The translations under genes were made by a program, and so were the position numbers. 64,000 bases of DNA from Candidatus Aminicenantes bacterium (GTDB lineage Bacteria > Acidobacteriota > Aminicenantia > Aminicenantales > Aminicenantaceae): NCBI GenBank assembly GCA_030603565.1, contig JAUVXM010000006.1, forward strand, positions 607-64,606, read 5' to 3'. Below the pieces are notes generated by a model that did no database searches, was not told where the DNA came from, and was given only the letters and a program-made list of their open reading frames with translations. Shown here piece after piece: positions 60,340-64,000 of the stretch (positions within the stretch are counted from its first letter, which is position 1; each line of letters starts with the position of its first letter).

Positions 60340-60819
60340 ATGAGAAAGTGGTATGTTATCAACACCAGACCAAAAAAAGAAGCCCAGGTGGAAAAACTGT
60401 TTCAGGAAGGTGGTTTTGAGATATATAATCCAAAATATATACATGAAAAAAAGGTGAAGCCTTTCTTTAATGGATATGAATTTATTAATTTTGAATATCC
60501 GGAACAGTATCGAACAGTAAAGTATACACGAGGCGTAAAAAAGATTGTCGGTAATGGAGACCAGGCTGTTCCGATTCCGGATGAAATTATAAAAGAGATA
60601 AAAGATAGAGAGGTCAATGGTTATATTGAGCTGGAGAAATATGGAGTGGAGCCGAATACCGGAGATGAGATAGAGGTCATGGAAGGCCCGTTTAAAGGGT
60701 TTAAGGGGATATTTAAAAAGGAGTTATCCCAGAAGGAAAGAGTTCTTGTTCTGTTAAATTATATAACTTACCAGGGACGGATTATTATTGAAAAGAAAAA
60801 AATAAAAAAGGTCTTATAA
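60340..60819 (+). CDS. NusG paralogue (RfaH/UpxY-like antiterminator)
   Basis: WYVINTRPKKE, PFF.GY.F, TRGV..IVG and KOW motif GDEIEV.EGPFKGF.G. Confidence 0.88.
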   Translation: MRKWYVINTRPKKEAQVEKLFQEGGFEIYNPKYIHEKKVKPFFNGYEFINFEYPEQYRTVKYTRGVKKIVGNGDQAVPIPDEIIKEIKDREVNGYIELEKYGVEPNTGDEIEVMEGPFKGFKGIFKKELSQKERVLVLLNYITYQGRIIIEKKKIKKVL

Positions 60820-60839
60820 TTTTTTATGAATAATTTAGG

Positions 60840-61823
60840 TTAATTACAGAGGATTTCTTTTAATTTATCGATACTAATTTTTGCCCCACTTATAACTAGA
60901 ACTACATTTTGACTAGCAAACTTTTCTTTATTTTTTAAAAAAGCCGCAACCGGAAGGGCTGCTGCTCCTTCGATTAGAAGATAGTGTTTTATTAGGATTA
61001 ATTTAAGAGCTGATTTTATTTCCTGTTCAGAAAGAAGGATGAATTTGTCCACTAAATCCCTGCATATGTTAAATGTGATAGTATCCGGTTCGATCCCCCC
61101 GGCTGTTCCATCTGAGATAGTCGGCAATGATTCTAGGGTAAGAACGCGGCCCGCCTTGATTGATTCATACATAACCGGAGAGTTTACCGGCTGGCACCCG
61201 ATAATTGTGATATCTTTATTGTGGGTTTTTAGAAATCCTGCTATACCGGAGATTAGTCCACCACCTCCGACTGGGGCGATCACTGTGTTGATCGGATCAA
61301 GCTGCCGTGAAAGCTCTACACCTATTGTTGCCTGGCCTCCAATTATTTGGGGGTCATTGTAAGGAGAGATATAGGTCAATTTTTTGTTTTCTGCTGTTTC
61401 TTTAGCCTTGAGCTCGGCTTTGACACAGTCATCTCCGTACTGTTTGATTTGAGCTCCATAAGTGAGTAAAGCTTCGATTTTGGCTGGAGAGGCGATTTTC
61501 GGCAAGAAAATAGTGCCCTTAGTATTAAATTTTTTGGTCAAATAGGCAAAAGCCATGCCATGGTTGCCGGAAGATGCAGTTATAATACCTTTTTTTTTTT
61601 CCTGTTTTGGCAGGGAGAGAAGCTTGTTCATAGCTCCGCGAAGTTTAAAAGAACCGGTCAACTGTATGTTTTCCAATTTGAGATATACTTTGCAGTTTCC
61701 TGCGCTGCTTAAATAAGGGGAGTATTCAAGGGGAGTTTCCCGAATATACTGCCTTATCCGCTTTTCTGCAGCCAGGCCTTCTCTGGCTATATCTTCAGAT
61801 TTAAAGGTTTTAATTTCGTTCAT
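60840..61823 (-). CDS. Threonine/serine dehydratase, short PLP type
   Basis: LKLEN.Q.TGSFKLRGA, ASSGNHG, PVGGGGLISG and VISG motifs. Confidence 0.9.
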   Translation of the reverse strand: MNEIKTFKSEDIAREGLAAEKRIRQYIRETPLEYSPYLSSAGNCKVYLKLENIQLTGSFKLRGAMNKLLSLPKQEKKKGIITASSGNHGMAFAYLTKKFNTKGTIFLPKIASPAKIEALLTYGAQIKQYGDDCVKAELKAKETAENKKLTYISPYNDPQIIGGQATIGVELSRQLDPINTVIAPVGGGGLISGIAGFLKTHNKDITIIGCQPVNSPVMYESIKAGRVLTLESLPTISDGTAGGIEPDTITFNICRDLVDKFILLSEQEIKSALKLILIKHYLLIEGAAALPVAAFLKNKEKFASQNVVLVISGAKISIDKLKEILCN

Positions 61824-61825
61824 TA

Positions 61826-63229
61826 TTAGCTCCTAATTTGTTTTCTCTTCCAGTAAAAGTAAACCGGGATTCCCAGAGCAGTCAGTAAAATTCCTGCTAA
61901 AGCCTCGACTGGTTTTACAAACAAGGTGTTTAAGAGAATACCAACAGATGTTATGATGAAGATGATCGGAACAACCGGATATCCCCAAGTTTTATAAGGC
62001 CGAGGAAGGTCCGGGCGTTTTTTTCTTAAAGTAAAGACTGAGGCGGTAGCAGCAATCCAGAATAAAATTGCGATAAACATGGCAAAAGTGAATATCTGTT
62101 CAAAAGTGCCGACCAGAGTGAGCAATGATGCCCAGATCGCTTGGATGAGGATTGAAAATCCGGGTGTACGGAAACGGGGGTGTACACGGGAGACTCGCTG
62201 AAAAAAAAGCTTATCTTTTGCCATGGCATAATATACTCTAGGTCCTACTAAGATCGAGCCATTAAGAGCACCAAAGGTGGAAATAACTACAGCTGCAGAA
62301 ATAACAGCACCGGTTGAGGCTCCGAAAAGAGCGCCTGTAGCTTTTTCTGCTATCCTTACAACGCCTGAGATCTCTGCTATAGGTAGAGCATAGAGGTAGA
62401 TATAATTTATTAGAATGTATAATGCGGTTATTCCCAGAGTACCTAAAATCAGGGTAAGGGGAAGATTGCGTTTGGGATTTTTTATTTCACCGGCAATAAA
62501 ATTGATATTGTTCCAGCCGTCAAAAGCCCAAGAAACCGCTATTAAAGCTAATCCAAATCCGATTATTAGCTGACTGAGGCTGAATCCTCCCGTGTTTAGG
62601 GATAAGTCAATGGATGTTCCTTTTCCAATAGCAAATCCAAGAGTGATTATCGTGACTATGGTCCCGATCTTAACTATGGTAAAAATGTTCTGGATGAATT
62701 TGCCGAAGCCCACTCCGATGAAATTAATTATAGAAAGCAAGATGATGACTAAAACTCCGATAAGCTGACCGGCTGAGAGGGTATAATGAATCGGGTGGCC
62801 GAATAGATTTATGACCTGGGAAAATATTATATTATCTATTGATAAAACAGGAAAAAAATAACCGAAATACTCTGCGAAAGCTAAGGCCAAGCCTGCAATA
62901 CCGCCGGTCATATACACCAAAAACAATATCCATCCGAAGAGAAATCCGGCCATTTGACCGTATGCTTCGCGAAGATAGACATATTGTCCGCCGGCCTCAG
63001 GCATGGCTGCGCCAAGCTCTGCGTAAGTAAGAGCTCCTGCCAGTGTGAGAAGGCCTCCTACTAACCAGGCAAGCAGGATAAGCATGGGTGAAGGAATTGA
63101 TTTTGCCATAATGCCGGTAGTGAGAAAAATGCCGGATCCGATAACAATGCCCACCATTACCATAGTAGAGTCAAAAAGACCGAGTTTTCGTTCCAGAGTG
63201 GATGGAGGATTATTTGTTTCTTTTGACAT
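61826..63229 (-). CDS. APC-family amino acid permease
   Basis: GIVIGSGIF, YAELGAAMPEAGG.YVYL, DGWN..NFIAGEIKNP and PRPYKTWGYP motifs. Confidence 0.93.
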   Translation of the reverse strand: MSKETNNPPSTLERKLGLFDSTMVMVGIVIGSGIFLTTGIMAKSIPSPMLILLAWLVGGLLTLAGALTYAELGAAMPEAGGQYVYLREAYGQMAGFLFGWILFLVYMTGGIAGLALAFAEYFGYFFPVLSIDNIIFSQVINLFGHPIHYTLSAGQLIGVLVIILLSIINFIGVGFGKFIQNIFTIVKIGTIVTIITLGFAIGKGTSIDLSLNTGGFSLSQLIIGFGLALIAVSWAFDGWNNINFIAGEIKNPKRNLPLTLILGTLGITALYILINYIYLYALPIAEISGVVRIAEKATGALFGASTGAVISAAVVISTFGALNGSILVGPRVYYAMAKDKLFFQRVSRVHPRFRTPGFSILIQAIWASLLTLVGTFEQIFTFAMFIAILFWIAATASVFTLRKKRPDLPRPYKTWGYPVVPIIFIITSVGILLNTLFVKPVEALAGILLTALGIPVYFYWKRKQIRS

Positions 63230-63347
63230 ATAGCGTAATATTATCATACTTTTTTATAGAGAAGAATCAAATTTGAATTTAATACTATCTATTTTTTCAT
63301 CTTTTTTTCCGGATTTCCTTTCAAATTTTATTCAGGCTAAGATCAGA

Positions 63348-63505
63348 CATGGATACTGGTAAATCCCGCAGAAAGCCATCCGGAACAACGCGGGCATGGT
63401 TCCTCGAGAAAATCTCGAGGAGAGCGTTGTGAGGACAGGAAGGGATTTCCCGGCCGGGGGAAATCCCTGTCTTTCGCAGGGACTTACCAGTATCCATGCC
63501 GGCTC
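63348..63505. mobile_element. Family A element, copy 3
   Basis: CATGGATACTGGTAAATCCC / GGGACTTACCAGTATCCATG (19 of 20 complementary); right end extends to CCGGCTC. Confidence 0.85.
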
Positions 63506-63533
63506 TTTCCGACCCAGCTTCCCATTTGCTACA

Positions 63534-63624
63534 AGCAAAGACACACCTGAATTTCATCTTAACATTTACTATTTAAAATTTTCTAAGTATCATACATATA
63601 GACATTTTTTATAAATAGTTCAGG
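63534..63624 (+). repeat. Family E right-end fragment, longest
   Basis: CACACCTGAATTTCAT..TTTACT-N17-TATCAT-N7-GACATTTTTTATAAATAGTTCAGG; duplicates 63906-63957. Confidence 0.75.
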
Positions 63625-63627
63625 TGG

Positions 63628-63957
63628 AACTTGATTATTCACGAGGCGAGGTTGCCGCAGATATGTAAAAGCGGAAAATAGAAAAACCGTGAAATGTGAA
63701 TTGTAATAATTAAAGCGTTATGTTAAAAGATTTGTATCTTATGAAATTCTGATGTGGCTGAAGCGACATTGAAGATTTAGCCTTCTGATGAGTTTTTTCG
63801 AGGGAATCCGACGTAGTCGGACGTCGAGTATGTTTGACCCACGGACGGGGGGAGTTACGCAGACGCCGAGAAAAACGAAGAGGAATGGCGTTAAAAATCT
63901 GAAGCGAGCAAAAGCCACACCTGAATTTCATACATATAGACATTTTTTATGAATAAT
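63628..63957 (+). mobile_element. Family E MITE-like element, near complete
   Basis: Ends AACTTGATTATTCACG / TATGAATAAT. Inner long hairpin ATGAAATTCTGATGTGGCT (63741) / AGCCACACCTGAATTTCAT (63931). Confidence 0.7.
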
Positions 63958-63971
63958 AAAGGAGATAGCAT

Positions 63972-64000
63972 ATGAAGACAATAGGCCTTATCGGAGGAAT
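63972..64000 (+). CDS. Aspartate/glutamate racemase family, 5' fragment
   Basis: AAGGAG RBS, then MKTIGLIGG, the typical RacX/YgeA-type N-terminus; only 9 codons visible. Confidence 0.65.

Noticed and set aside
63628..63957. Group II intron or retron remnant
   Set aside because: No domain V motif and no reverse transcriptase in the window.

Overview
Bacterial chromosomal window of an AT-rich, probably anaerobic peptide/amino-acid fermenter. The gene mix and zinc-ribbon Ser/Thr kinase are reminiscent of Ca. Aminicenantes (inference, not verified). Housekeeping content: tadA, tRNA-Ser(CGA), tRNA-Ser(GGA), tRNA-fMet, dnaX-ybaB-recR, PFOR, hflKC, RNase P RNA and nuoJKLMN. It also holds many peptidases and amino-acid enzymes, a tandem RND pair, a sulfatase plus GH95 fucosidase, and an AT-rich island after tRNA-fMet (PEGA kinase, beta-barrel, TPR-PEGA protein, IS256 relic, triple-repeat lipoprotein). 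The most unusual signal is non-coding. Most larger intergenic gaps carry pieces of at least five families of palindromic MITE/REP-like elements, which are nested, stacked and truncated. Their ends repeatedly supply sigma70-like promoter boxes, 5' leaders or stop codons to neighbouring genes. A sigma54 activator CDS also reads about 90 nt into the RNase P RNA gene on the same strand. All calls are from visual motif recognition; no searches or folding programs were run.
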